Virus record (IMG/VR): IMGVR_UViG_3300005264_000040
Location: 1 to 64,000 of that record
Length of the DNA stretch: 64,000 nt
Source of the DNA: a virus
Direction: 5' to 3' (one strand)
Under the pieces are notes generated by a model. It was not told the DNA's origin and did not search any database. It worked only from the letters and a program-made list of their open reading frames with translations. A program made the position numbers and the translations under genes. Shown in pieces: positions 39,008-48,724 of this stretch (position 1 is its first letter; each line of letters begins with the position of its first letter).

Positions 39008-39628
39008 ATGTTATTTGATAAAATATATAATATATTATTACTAAGAAACCATGATTATACATTTGTTGATAAATTCGTGCATCCTTCAAAATACAAAGAT
39101 ATAAAAGTAACAAAAGAAAAAGAAATTTTTACTGTGTTTGTTCAAGATTCTAACAAAGATCCATTATACAGTAGAACACATAAATTATACGAATATGAAA
39201 ACGGAGATATTGTTGTAGGAACGCATTTCTCAAATTATTCTCCTGATATGCATTGGGAAGATGTTTATTTCTTAATTAAAGATGTAATTGAAGAGCCTGA
39301 AGAAAAATCAAAGAAAAATCTATATCATGAACTAAAACGAATATATTCATGGAATTCTAAAGAAAGGTTAAAAAAAACAGCAAACTTTTTATTTTCTAAT
39401 GGAATAAATCATTTGAATTTTGATGAAAAATGCATGTATATTTATTTTAGTAAAGATGATTTTGTGAGCTTTAGATTATTTGATGAACCAGCTGAAGAAT
39501 ATTGGCAAGCTTTGGGATTTATCGATTATAAAAAGTTTTTTGACCATTATTCTCAAAACAGAGCTATTTTAGAATTTTCAGATAATTCACTTGTAGTTTA
39601 TGAATGTCCAAGATATTATAGGGAGTGA
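39008..39628 (+). CDS. Hypothetical protein
   Basis: SD AAGGAGG. Confidence 0.7.
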   Translation: MLFDKIYNILLLRNHDYTFVDKFVHPSKYKDIKVTKEKEIFTVFVQDSNKDPLYSRTHKLYEYENGDIVVGTHFSNYSPDMHWEDVYFLIKDVIEEPEEKSKKNLYHELKRIYSWNSKERLKKTANFLFSNGINHLNFDEKCMYIYFSKDDFVSFRLFDEPAEEYWQALGFIDYKKFFDHYSQNRAILEFSDNSLVVYECPRYYRE

Positions 39629-40307
39629 TAAAATGACAAAACTTATAGTTCAGAAATATAAAGATGATGAAGTAGGGATTAAATTCCCTACTTCTTTTAG
39701 AAAATCCAGAACTATAAAATCAAAGAATATTTATGCGAAATATTTTCTCAATACTAATCCGTTTTTTGTAGATTTAGCATCTGATATTTCTTTTACACAT
39801 ATTTTAGTACCTAATATCAAAAAAAAGAATAAAAGTATTTGGGGTTTTTATAATGATTATTACAATATAGTATTATCCCCTATATTTATAGAAAAAATTC
39901 CTGTATTAATTTCATTTAAAAAACAATCATTCGATGCTTTTTTTTCTGGAACACACTTTTTTGATTATCCCATCAGACACACTGGACAATATTGTATTGA
40001 CAAACCCTATAAAATTATATATAGAAATAAAAATTTAGACGGTACAGGATATCCTGCTATTTACAATGCACCAATTTATTTTAAAGAAGAACAAATACAT
40101 ATTGATTATGCTGAAAATTTTATAGTCTTAAGTGATTATAACCCACAAAATAAAACTATAAAAACATCTGGTTTTTTTATAAGAGAAGCAAATAAATTAT
40201 ACATAAAACTTAGTACAATTGTACCTAAAGAAGTTATTCCGCATTCATGGTATAATAGTATATTGTTTTATGAATCAATACCTCAAAAACTATTAGAAAA
40301 ATATTAA
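39600..40307 (+). CDS. Hypothetical protein
   Basis: 235-aa ORF. Confidence 0.7.
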   Translation: MNVQDIIGSDKMTKLIVQKYKDDEVGIKFPTSFRKSRTIKSKNIYAKYFLNTNPFFVDLASDISFTHILVPNIKKKNKSIWGFYNDYYNIVLSPIFIEKIPVLISFKKQSFDAFFSGTHFFDYPIRHTGQYCIDKPYKIIYRNKNLDGTGYPAIYNAPIYFKEEQIHIDYAENFIVLSDYNPQNKTIKTSGFFIREANKLYIKLSTIVPKEVIPHSWYNSILFYESIPQKLLEKY

Positions 40308-40313
40308 AAGGAG

Positions 40314-40694
40314 ATGGTAAAAATGGTGACAGAAACTTTAGATTTAGATTTTCTTTTAGAGACACATGATTTGCTATTTTGGGAAGATGTATTTTTACCA
40401 GAAGAACTAAAATTGTTTAAAAAGATAGATAATGCTGCTGAAAATTTCTTCTTTAAAAACAAAACACAAAAAACTGTATCTTTCGAATTGTTAAAAAAAG
40501 AAGATTCGGTTTCTTATTGGTTGATAAAATATAAGGATTATCTTTTCATAGCCGAACATGCTTTGGAAGAAGTATCGAATGTGCATATGACAGAAAAAGA
40601 ACTTATGCAAACTTATATAATTTATCAACTTACAGATAAAAAAGAAAAAGAAGAAAGAGAAAGTTTATCATTTTGGAAATATGGCTCCTGTTAA
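40314..40694 (+). CDS. Hypothetical protein
   Basis: 126-aa ORF. Confidence 0.7.
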   Translation: MVKMVTETLDLDFLLETHDLLFWEDVFLPEELKLFKKIDNAAENFFFKNKTQKTVSFELLKKEDSVSYWLIKYKDYLFIAEHALEEVSNVHMTEKELMQTYIIYQLTDKKEKEERESLSFWKYGSC

Positions 40695-40723
40695 TGGGGC
40701 CTTTTGTTTAAAGGAGGGATAAA

Positions 40724-41575
40724 ATGTTAGATCTATTATCTTTTATGGAAAATAAAAAATATACACCAATCTTTAAGTTAATAACAAGTTTAAATGCTGA
40801 TGGAACATCTATAGGAGACACTTTAAGTTACGAATATTATAAAACCAAAGAATATAAAAACATCAAGCTAGAGCTCAGCGAAACTGTTTTAAAATTTATA
40901 AAAAAAATAATAAAAGATTATTCTTTTAAAAAACTAACCCTCGAATTTCAACCTAATCAAACTTTGACTATATTTGAAGAAGATCCTAAAATGTTTGGTA
41001 CAAATCAAATAATAAAAAGAGCTATAGGTATTATAGCACATGAATCATTTCATAGAATTATTATTGATGATTATTATTCATATGTATCTGCTGGAAAAGC
41101 TTCTGATGTTTTGCCTTTTGTTTTGTTAAATAAAGAACATAACGAAAATGAAAACGAAGAAAAAATTTGTGTTCAGCAAAAAGGAGCTAAATATACTATT
41201 AAACTACTTGATAAAGGAAAAATAGTTGTACAAAATAACAATAACACAGTTCCTGCATTTCATCCTAAAAAGAAAATATGGTTGTATTTACCTCAACATT
41301 TTTGCAATATGGATCCTTATTTTATGGTTCCAACAAAAGATGTAATAGATACTAAAGATAATAGTAAGATTTTTTATGAACCGCAAAATGATAATATTAT
41401 TCTACTAAGTTATATGGAAAATTATATTTCATATTTAATTGCAAAAAATATTCATACTGATAGTTTTACCAAAGGAACAATAGAAAGATTTATAAAAATA
41501 GATCAAACAGGGCTTTCACCAACTGATTATATGGAGCTGCTAAAAGAAAAAGGAGGTTTTCGTAATGAAGATTAA
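40724..41575 (+). CDS. Hypothetical protein, paralog of 41565..42395
   Basis: VLPF, F(H/N)PK...WLY(L/I)P and TGLS..DY.ELL shared. Confidence 0.75.
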   Translation: MLDLLSFMENKKYTPIFKLITSLNADGTSIGDTLSYEYYKTKEYKNIKLELSETVLKFIKKIIKDYSFKKLTLEFQPNQTLTIFEEDPKMFGTNQIIKRAIGIIAHESFHRIIIDDYYSYVSAGKASDVLPFVLLNKEHNENENEEKICVQQKGAKYTIKLLDKGKIVVQNNNNTVPAFHPKKKIWLYLPQHFCNMDPYFMVPTKDVIDTKDNSKIFYEPQNDNIILLSYMENYISYLIAKNIHTDSFTKGTIERFIKIDQTGLSPTDYMELLKEKGGFRNED

Positions 41576-42395
41576 AAATTTTCCTTCTTTGTTTGAAGGA
41601 AAAGAAAAAGGATCTAACTTAAAATTTGGATTTGTAAGTGATAACTTTATATATGTAACAGCAAATACCACATTTCCTGAAAATCTATTTTATATGGTTG
41701 AAGATTCCGATAGAAAACCTGTTAATTTTTCATTTCAAATTTCCGATACTATGTTTGATTTCTTTGAAAAAATAATAAATGATTTTAGGTTCAATAAAAT
41801 AGTAATAAGTTTTTTAATGGCAAAATCTTACAGTGATTCCATAACAAAAAATCATGTTTCAGTTTATGGGATTTCAAATATATTCATAGATAATTATAAA
41901 GTATTTTTATATCCAACTTTATCTGCTGAAGTTTTGCCTTTTATAGAATTTACACACCTTAAAAAGAAACCAACATCACAATATGCTAATCCTATTTATG
42001 AAGAAGAATTTGAAAATTTTACTTATAAATTATTTCCAGATAGATTTGAAATAGAACGTAAAAAAAGAACTCGATATTTTAATCCCAAAATCCAAAGATG
42101 GTTATACATTCCAGAATGGAGAGATAAAGATAAGAAACATGTGTTTGTTTTTGAACACTCAGCTTTATTACACGCAAAAAAAGAATTCTACATTCCGCCA
42201 GATAATAATTATATTTTAGTTGTAACTGAAGGAGAAAAAGTATCTTATTTATATTCAAGAGATATGTTAGACGGAACTGTAGAATTTGAACAGAAATCTT
42301 TTGTGAGCCTTAAGAAAACAGGATTGAGTGGAGAGGATTATGCAGAACTTTTAATAATGAAGATTTTGAGAACTTGGCGAGATGCAATTTTGTGA
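41565..42395 (+). CDS. Hypothetical protein, paralog of 40724..41575
   Basis: Same shared motifs as 40724..41575. Confidence 0.75.
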   Translation: MKIKNFPSLFEGKEKGSNLKFGFVSDNFIYVTANTTFPENLFYMVEDSDRKPVNFSFQISDTMFDFFEKIINDFRFNKIVISFLMAKSYSDSITKNHVSVYGISNIFIDNYKVFLYPTLSAEVLPFIEFTHLKKKPTSQYANPIYEEEFENFTYKLFPDRFEIERKKRTRYFNPKIQRWLYIPEWRDKDKKHVFVFEHSALLHAKKEFYIPPDNNYILVVTEGEKVSYLYSRDMLDGTVEFEQKSFVSLKKTGLSGEDYAELLIMKILRTWRDAIL

Positions 42396-42421
42396 TGTGA
42401 GAGTATAGAAAAAAAGTGAGA

Positions 42422-42608
42422 GCTACCCACCTGACCTGTATAATAAGAAGAGCAGGCAGGTGTGGTAGCAAGAGAGAATGAGAATGAGAGAATGAGAGAG
42501 AATGAGAGAGAATGAGAGAATGAGAGAGAATGAGTGTCATAAATAGGGAGGTAGGAGTAGCAGAGGAGCGGCTTCGGCTGCTCTTCTGGTACTCCGCCTC
42601 CTTTTTTT
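42422..42608 (+). ncRNA. GC-rich structured element: hairpin, (GA)nAT tract, 24-bp UUCG hairpin, T7
   Basis: GCTACC-CACCTG-CCTG/CAGG-CAGGTG-GGTAGC (42422-69); stem 42547-42601 with cTTCGg loop. Confidence 0.65.
42472..42531 (+). repeat. Irregular microsatellite (GA)nAT x7, n=3,2,3,4,4,3,4
   Basis: Read directly from the sequence. Confidence 0.95.
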
Positions 42609-42609
42609 A

Positions 42610-43068
42610 TTGAGAGGAGTGAAAGAAATGAAAGATGCAAAATATTTATTTCCAAGAGGGTTAGCTTTAGATGTAATTATTGAATATAGTGACCAAACCT
42701 ATCCAAAACAAGTACAACATTTTACTGTATGGAGAAAAACTTATTACGATCTTTATTTGGTAGTATTCAGTTATTTATCACTAACTGGACCATCTATTGC
42801 TATAGAAAAATATGCAACAATTTTTGATGATGATTTAGTAAAAGATTATTTTAATAGATTAAAAGACATACCAACAGGAGATGGCATTACTCAACCTATA
42901 AAAGATGTAACTGTGAGTTTTATAAAATATTCTTTTCCAAATAAAATATTAGAAACAAAAGTTTATGAGCCAACTGAATTTGTATTTGATATAGTATCAG
43001 AAGATTGGGTACGAAACAAATTAATAAAATTAGACCAATTATATGAAACGGAGGTTGGGAAAACATGA
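42610..43068 (+). CDS. Hypothetical protein (start probably ATG near 42628)
   Basis: GAGGAG SD. Confidence 0.7.
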   Translation: MRGVKEMKDAKYLFPRGLALDVIIEYSDQTYPKQVQHFTVWRKTYYDLYLVVFSYLSLTGPSIAIEKYATIFDDDLVKDYFNRLKDIPTGDGITQPIKDVTVSFIKYSFPNKILETKVYEPTEFVFDIVSEDWVRNKLIKLDQLYETEVGKT

Positions 43069-43463
43069 TTAAAATCAGTAAAGGAAAATATATAAATTTT
43101 GCATTTGAAGATTTTTTTACTAACGAAGCATATGGATTAATAGTACATCAACCTGAAATTTCTATGCCAACATTCTATTTAATTATTTATCAAAAAAACG
43201 TATCTAATAATGATTCTATTTTTTATATTGAGGATATAACGCATTATCAAAACGTCACTCCACAGTTAATAGAATATATATACGACTATCTAACAGAGCA
43301 AGACAACTTAATAGACGAAGAAACCCCTTATGGACTAAACACATATGTAGCAAAATATGAAGATGGTTTATTGGAATTTAAAGAACCAGATTTTCTATCT
43401 GGAGGTTATGAAATATCTAAAGAATTAGTAGAAAAATTGTTGTTAGAATTAGTACGTTTATAA
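43065..43463 (+). CDS. Hypothetical protein
   Basis: ATGA-coupled to previous gene. Confidence 0.7.
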   Translation: MIKISKGKYINFAFEDFFTNEAYGLIVHQPEISMPTFYLIIYQKNVSNNDSIFYIEDITHYQNVTPQLIEYIYDYLTEQDNLIDEETPYGLNTYVAKYEDGLLEFKEPDFLSGGYEISKELVEKLLLELVRL

Positions 43464-43467
43464 CGAT

Positions 43468-43570
43468 CGTCGCAAATCCACTGTTCAAAGGGGTGCAAAT
43501 GACGGGCAACGACTCTATTATATATATATAATAGGACCGTTAAACGTCAAACGCACCCCTATGAATAGCG
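43468..43570. repeat. Nested palindromic element, copy 2 of 3
   Basis: Core 43515-43534. Confidence 0.95.
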
Positions 43571-43710
43571 ACTTTGAGGTACTTTTTGGGTACTGTAATG
43601 CACCTCGAAATTACCATTTTTTCCAAAAATAACTCCAACAGAGAAAAATCTTTAAAATTACGATGGCTGTAATAGGCATAGAAAGTATCTTACAGAAGAA
43701 CAATATATCA

Positions 43711-43745
43711 AATATGTATGCCATATTATGCTCAAGTAACATGTT
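43711..43745 (+). repeat. 35-bp conserved block, copy 2 of 2
   Basis: AATATGTATGCCATATTATGCTCAAGTAACATGTT. Confidence 0.9.
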
Positions 43746-43789
43746 TATTAAATACTTAAAAGGGATTTTGTAACAAAAAATGCTTGAAT

Positions 43790-43818
43790 TTGACAACCTA
43801 TGCTTAAAATGTTATAAT
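43790..43818 (+). promoter_or_regulatory. Consensus sigma70 promoter
   Basis: TTGACA-N17-TATAAT with TG. Confidence 0.85.
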
Positions 43819-43834
43819 TATAAGGGGTGATAGA

Positions 43835-44146
43835 ATGAAAGAAATCGCAGATAAATTAGAAAATATTGTTGATTTTCACATTAGAATTGAAACAGATAAA
43901 AAGTTAAGAGAAGTTGAAAAATTAATACTAAAACTTTCTAAAGAAGAAAAAATAGAATTATTTGCAGAAATATTCAAAAGAAAGATAAAACATATTCCAG
44001 TAATTTATTTTGCTAAGTATGAAAAAGATTATGATACTGGTTTTATAGATGTTGCTTTACAAAGAGAAGAGACCATTTTAGGAAGGATATTAGATATTCT
44101 AGATGAGGAGGATGATGATATTGTTTTACCTGAAGATTCCATATGA
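43835..44146 (+). CDS. Hypothetical protein
   Basis: 103-aa ORF. Confidence 0.7.
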   Translation: MKEIADKLENIVDFHIRIETDKKLREVEKLILKLSKEEKIELFAEIFKRKIKHIPVIYFAKYEKDYDTGFIDVALQREETILGRILDILDEEDDDIVLPEDSI

Positions 44147-45884
44147 TCCGGAAAAGATTCAAATTTTAAAGGACCATGGGTTTAGGTGGGATCCTGACAA
44201 GAAACAATGGTATGGAGAACCTACACCATGGAATGTAAAAGCGTTAGAAATCGAAGATTATTTTAACCCGGTTCCAAAAAGAATTGAATTGTTTTCAGAT
44301 TATTTAAACAACAGAAAACCTTTACCTGATTATTTATACGGGTATCAAAAAGAATTTGTGCTTTGGGCTTTAGAAAGATATGTGAAAAAGTATAAAGGTT
44401 TATTACTTGCAGATGATATGGGAATAGGGAAAACTGTACAAGCTATTGCGTTTTTTTCTCTTCTTATGAAAACATACTACAAAGAAAGAAGGATGCAAAC
44501 TGCAACTGTATATGTAACCACGAAAAGTGTTAAACAACAATACAGAGATGAAGTAGTTAGATTCGAACCAGAAATCCTTGCATATGAAAAGATAACAGAA
44601 GTACCAAAAAATGTTCCTTTTGCATTAGTTTTACATTATGAACAAATAAAAACGTTTTTTGAGCATAAAACCAAAAACAAACTTACTGAAGAAGAAAAGA
44701 TTTTAGATTCTATTCTGAAAAAATTTCAAGAAGGTGAAATTCCATATTTTGTAGTTTATGATGAAATTAGTAAAAAGATGAAAAACAAACAAACCGGAAA
44801 TACAAAATCTTTAAGAAAAGCATTTCCAAATCCTATACTAACATTAGCTACAACAGGAACTCCTATGGAATTGAATCTGAAAGAATTTTATACAATTGTT
44901 GATATTATTTGGCCAGGGTATTTCCCTTATAAAGTATTTGAAAGAGACCATGTAGTAAAAAAAGAAATATTTAATAGACACACAAGAAGAAGGCAAGAAA
45001 TAATTTCACATTATAAAAATCAAAAATTATTTTATGAAAGAGTAAAAGATATTATGTTGCGAAGATTAAAAGAAGATCAAAAGAAAAATGGCACTATGCA
45101 ACTTGGAGAAAAGCATATGATGTTTTGGGAAGTCCCATTAGATAAAACTCAAGAAACATTTATAAATATTCTTATCAAACAAATTGAAGCGCAAGTTGAA
45201 GATAAATCCCAAATACCGTTTAAAGCTTCTCCATTTTTAAGACAAATATTTAATCATCCTGCAGGAATGTTAATGTCAGATACAGAAGTTATTGATATGC
45301 AAGATTTCCCGAATATACCAGAAGATTACGTTCCTCCTAAATTTAAAAAAATAAAAGAGAAAACAGAAGAATTATTATCAGAAGGAAAGCAATTAATTAT
45401 ATTCACTTATTACACAAGGACTGCGAAATTGTTGGAAAAGTATTTAAAGACAGAAATTCCAAGTATAGGAATAAAAGTATTATCAGGTGAAGTTCCACAA
45501 AAAAGAGTAACTGCAGCTATAAAAGAATTCAAAGATAAAGCATATAATGCTATTATAGCTACTGATACAATTGCATATGGTGTGAATTTACAATTTGTCG
45601 ATCACATGATTATGGTAGAAACACCTTACAATCCAGCAGTATTCCTCCAAAGAACAGATAGAATTTATAGAAGCGGTTCAACTACAGATAAATTTATTTA
45701 TGTATTATACTCAAAAGCAGAAGAAAAAATCATTAAAAGATTAATAAAGAGGATGGAAGATGCAACAGAAGCTGTAGAAGGACGTAGAAAAAAAGCAAAT
45801 GTAGCTTTCGTTAAAGAGTTAGATATGATGTTATATGATGATTTGGTAGGGTTGAAAAGAAACAAAAGGAGGCTTTTAAAATGA
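44103..45884 (+). CDS. SNF2-family helicase with N-terminal DUF5710-like domain
   Basis: GFRWDPDKKQWY; ADDMGIGKT, YDEIS, TTGTPMELN, GVNLQFVDHMI, QRTDRIYRSG. Confidence 0.85.
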   Translation: MRRMMILFYLKIPYDPEKIQILKDHGFRWDPDKKQWYGEPTPWNVKALEIEDYFNPVPKRIELFSDYLNNRKPLPDYLYGYQKEFVLWALERYVKKYKGLLLADDMGIGKTVQAIAFFSLLMKTYYKERRMQTATVYVTTKSVKQQYRDEVVRFEPEILAYEKITEVPKNVPFALVLHYEQIKTFFEHKTKNKLTEEEKILDSILKKFQEGEIPYFVVYDEISKKMKNKQTGNTKSLRKAFPNPILTLATTGTPMELNLKEFYTIVDIIWPGYFPYKVFERDHVVKKEIFNRHTRRRQEIISHYKNQKLFYERVKDIMLRRLKEDQKKNGTMQLGEKHMMFWEVPLDKTQETFINILIKQIEAQVEDKSQIPFKASPFLRQIFNHPAGMLMSDTEVIDMQDFPNIPEDYVPPKFKKIKEKTEELLSEGKQLIIFTYYTRTAKLLEKYLKTEIPSIGIKVLSGEVPQKRVTAAIKEFKDKAYNAIIATDTIAYGVNLQFVDHMIMVETPYNPAVFLQRTDRIYRSGSTTDKFIYVLYSKAEEKIIKRLIKRMEDATEAVEGRRKKANVAFVKELDMMLYDDLVGLKRNKRRLLK

Positions 45885-46081
45885 AGAAAATTTTGATATT
45901 ACGAACCTTATTTATAATTTTGTTTTGGATAGTATGGATAGTAGCATTTAGCTATTTACCAAAAGAAATTATAGTATATATTACTTCATTTATAATATGG
46001 TTCTTTTTAGGAATTTCATTAAATATGTCCTTGCATAAAAGTATAAAAAAAAGAATAAACAAAGAGAAGCGTGAAAACTAA
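45881..46081 (+). CDS. Small membrane protein
   Basis: Two TM segments and basic tail. Confidence 0.65.
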   Translation: MKKILILRTLFIILFWIVWIVAFSYLPKEIIVYITSFIIWFFLGISLNMSLHKSIKKRINKEKREN

Positions 46082-46491
46082 TGGAAAAAAGTAGTATTAT
46101 ATTTTACATGATAGGATTAGGTATAATATCTACAATGATATTATTATTTAACGAAGTATTTCATTATAAAATTATTTTATTTGCAAAAAAGAAAAAACTA
46201 TTTGTTTATAGGTTAGAACAGGAAGAGATGGATGAAATTGAAACAGAAAATAGAACTTTGTTTGTAATAGAACTAGCTGTAATATTTTTTATAGGATTAT
46301 TTGTATTTTTAAATTATTATATAGTAACAATAATTTCATTAGTTGTATTTGTGGGTTTAATAACTTACCATTTGCTTTTTGCAAAAAAACTTTTTTTTAT
46401 ATTTGAAATTTTTAAAATAAGGGAAGGAGATAAACAGCATGAAAGAAATCTTAGAAAAATTAATGCAAATATCATACGAAAAAGAAAATGA
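46081..46491 (+). CDS. Membrane protein
   Basis: Three hydrophobic segments. Confidence 0.65.
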   Translation: MEKSSIIFYMIGLGIISTMILLFNEVFHYKIILFAKKKKLFVYRLEQEEMDEIETENRTLFVIELAVIFFIGLFVFLNYYIVTIISLVVFVGLITYHLLFAKKLFFIFEIFKIREGDKQHERNLRKINANIIRKRK

Positions 46492-46753
46492 AATCCCAAA
46501 TAGGTTTATGAAACTTATAGAAGAAGTAGGAGAAGCAAGTCAAATGGCATTAGCTTTTCAAAGAAATATAAGTGCTTCTGAGAGTAAAAAGGCTATAGCA
46601 ACAAGAGAAAATGTGTTAGAAGAATTAGTTGATGTTTTAATAGTTGCTTTTGATATATATATACAGATGTCTGATGCTGAAGATTGGATTTCTGAATTAG
46701 AAGAAATTATGAATAAAAAATTGGAAAAGTGGCAAAGAAAAGCCACCTCCTAA
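46439..46753 (+). CDS. MazG-like nucleotide pyrophosphohydrolase
   Basis: KLIEEVGEA...EELVDVLI. Confidence 0.8.
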   Translation: MKEILEKLMQISYEKENEIPNRFMKLIEEVGEASQMALAFQRNISASESKKAIATRENVLEELVDVLIVAFDIYIQMSDAEDWISELEEIMNKKLEKWQRKATS

Positions 46754-46826
46754 TTACTACTTTTGCTCGGGGCAGGGCAAACGGGGTGCTCTCCTCGAGA
46801 CTTTTTAAAATAAAAAGGGGGTATGA

Positions 46827-47084
46827 TTGTTGAAAACAGTGGTTTATAAACACTATAAAGGCAAAGAATACATGATTCTTTTAGATAATGCCTTTATAGA
46901 AAAAAACTTAGAAAGAGCAGTAGTTTATAAAAGCATTGACGATGGAAAAGTTTGGATTAGACCGTATGATGAGTTTTTTGGTGAGGTGGAAATAAATGGA
47001 AAGAAAATTCCAAGATTCCAAAAAAGATTAAAAGAGGATACCTTGCAAGAATATTATTCTAGGAAAACAAGTTTAGAAAAATAA
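46827..47084 (+). CDS. DUF1653 domain protein
   Basis: YKHYKGKEY...VVYKS..GKVWIRPYDEFFGEV..PRF. Confidence 0.85.
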   Translation: MLKTVVYKHYKGKEYMILLDNAFIEKNLERAVVYKSIDDGKVWIRPYDEFFGEVEINGKKIPRFQKRLKEDTLQEYYSRKTSLEK

Positions 47085-47107
47085 AATCAAGAAAGGGGAT
47101 GTAATGC

Positions 47108-48358
47108 ATGAATGTTATTTTGGAAAATTACAAAATGCTTCAAGAAGAAATAAAAAATGAAAAAATAAAAAAAGGAAAGCAACTTATGCAAGATGGACAT
47201 ATTGCAGAAGGGTTGAAAATTTTATTAAAAGAAAAAGTTCTTGTACCAGGAGCAACTGAATATTTAAAACATCCAGATGCCAAAGTAAGGATTGCAGCTA
47301 TGCAATATTTAATTAAAGCAAAAAATGAAGAGGATTTTTTAGAAGATATGGTTCATGATGAAAATCCACAAGTCAGAATCAAAGCTATTGAATTATACTT
47401 TGATTATGTACCCGCATCAAATGTCAGCAAATTCTTGGAATTTTTATTAGATGAAGATTATAAAGTTAAAATAAAAGCTTTTATATTGTTATTAGAAAGT
47501 GGTTTTTTTGAAGATACAAAGAAGTTTGTAGAAGAACATAATATAATCGAATTTAAAGATATATTTACAGGAGATTCAATTGATATATTAAAAGATGAAT
47601 CTGTGCCTAAGAAAATAAAAGTTACTCTTTTAAACTACATAGTTATGAATATGCCTATGTCAGAATTTGATGAAAAATATTTTGATTTATATAAACAATT
47701 AAATAATGATTTGAAAAAACAACTTTTAATTTGGATAAGTAAAGCGCCAGAAACTGAAAAAAGATTAGAGAAACTTTGGAAAATAGAAGGTAATGACGAA
47801 TTAAAAGCTATAATGCTTGGAATGGCAAGAAGTAAAATTGTCGAAGAAGCTGAATTAATAGATTTAATAAATGAAACAAAATCAGTTAAACTAAAAAAAG
47901 CAATATTGAATTATGCAAGAAGAATAGATAGCCTTAATTTTATAGATGAAGCGAGAAGACTAATAAATAATGATGAACTTGCAGAAGAAGCTGCAGCTTA
48001 CGCCATATCTATGTTAGATTATGAAGCATTAAACATTAATAGAATTACAGAATGGTTAGAATCAAAATCTCTGGGAAAAATCAGAAAAGCTTTGGCAGGA
48101 ATAAAAAAATTAAAATATGAAGAAATGGCTCCTGTTATTTATAATAAAATAATTGAAAATAAAAAATATCCAACAAATATAAGGACTGCTGCAATCAATA
48201 CCATTAAAATGCTGAAATTGCCAGAATACGCAAATGATTTCATGAAATTAACAAATGACATAGAAGAAGATTTAGCAGTCAGAGAAACTGCGTTGAAAGC
48301 AGTTGCAAGACTAGACCCAAGTCTTTTAGAAAATTTACACAATACCCCAAGCGTATAA
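47108..48358 (+). CDS. HEAT-repeat protein
   Basis: HPDAKVRIAA, DENPQVRIKA, DEDYKVKIKA, NIRTAA, AVRETA. Confidence 0.8.
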   Translation: MNVILENYKMLQEEIKNEKIKKGKQLMQDGHIAEGLKILLKEKVLVPGATEYLKHPDAKVRIAAMQYLIKAKNEEDFLEDMVHDENPQVRIKAIELYFDYVPASNVSKFLEFLLDEDYKVKIKAFILLLESGFFEDTKKFVEEHNIIEFKDIFTGDSIDILKDESVPKKIKVTLLNYIVMNMPMSEFDEKYFDLYKQLNNDLKKQLLIWISKAPETEKRLEKLWKIEGNDELKAIMLGMARSKIVEEAELIDLINETKSVKLKKAILNYARRIDSLNFIDEARRLINNDELAEEAAAYAISMLDYEALNINRITEWLESKSLGKIRKALAGIKKLKYEEMAPVIYNKIIENKKYPTNIRTAAINTIKMLKLPEYANDFMKLTNDIEEDLAVRETALKAVARLDPSLLENLHNTPSV

Positions 48359-48361
48359 CGC

Positions 48362-48715
48362 TTGGGTTATTTAAGAAAGGAGATGATGCTTGTGGATATG
48401 GATATGGAAATGTTATGGTTTAAAGCGTTTTTGGTTTCTGCAGAATACATTTTAATTAAAGAAGAAGATGAACAAATTTTTGAAGAACAGGTAGAAGAAC
48501 TTTCTTTTATTTTGTATGATTCATTAGAAAATAAAGAAGATATTGATAGAGACGAATTAACAAGAGAAATAAGAAATACATTGAGAGCATTTGTGAATAA
48601 ATTAAAAACATTGAGGAACACCGAAGAAAATACAGTTAAAACTAATGAAAGATTTGAAGGTTTTTTCATATCTTTGGAAAAGGCTTTTACAGCTAATTTA
48701 ACATCTTTAAACTAG
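48362..48715 (+). CDS. Hypothetical protein
   Basis: 117-aa ORF; real start probably downstream of AAGGAG. Confidence 0.65.
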   Translation: MGYLRKEMMLVDMDMEMLWFKAFLVSAEYILIKEEDEQIFEEQVEELSFILYDSLENKEDIDRDELTREIRNTLRAFVNKLKTLRNTEENTVKTNERFEGFFISLEKAFTANLTSLN

Positions 48716-48724
48716 AGAAAGGAG

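Noticed and set aside
42472-42531. TRAP-binding (G/U)AG repeat
   Set aside because: Spacing is not the regular 5-nt periodicity TRAP requires and there is no trp context.
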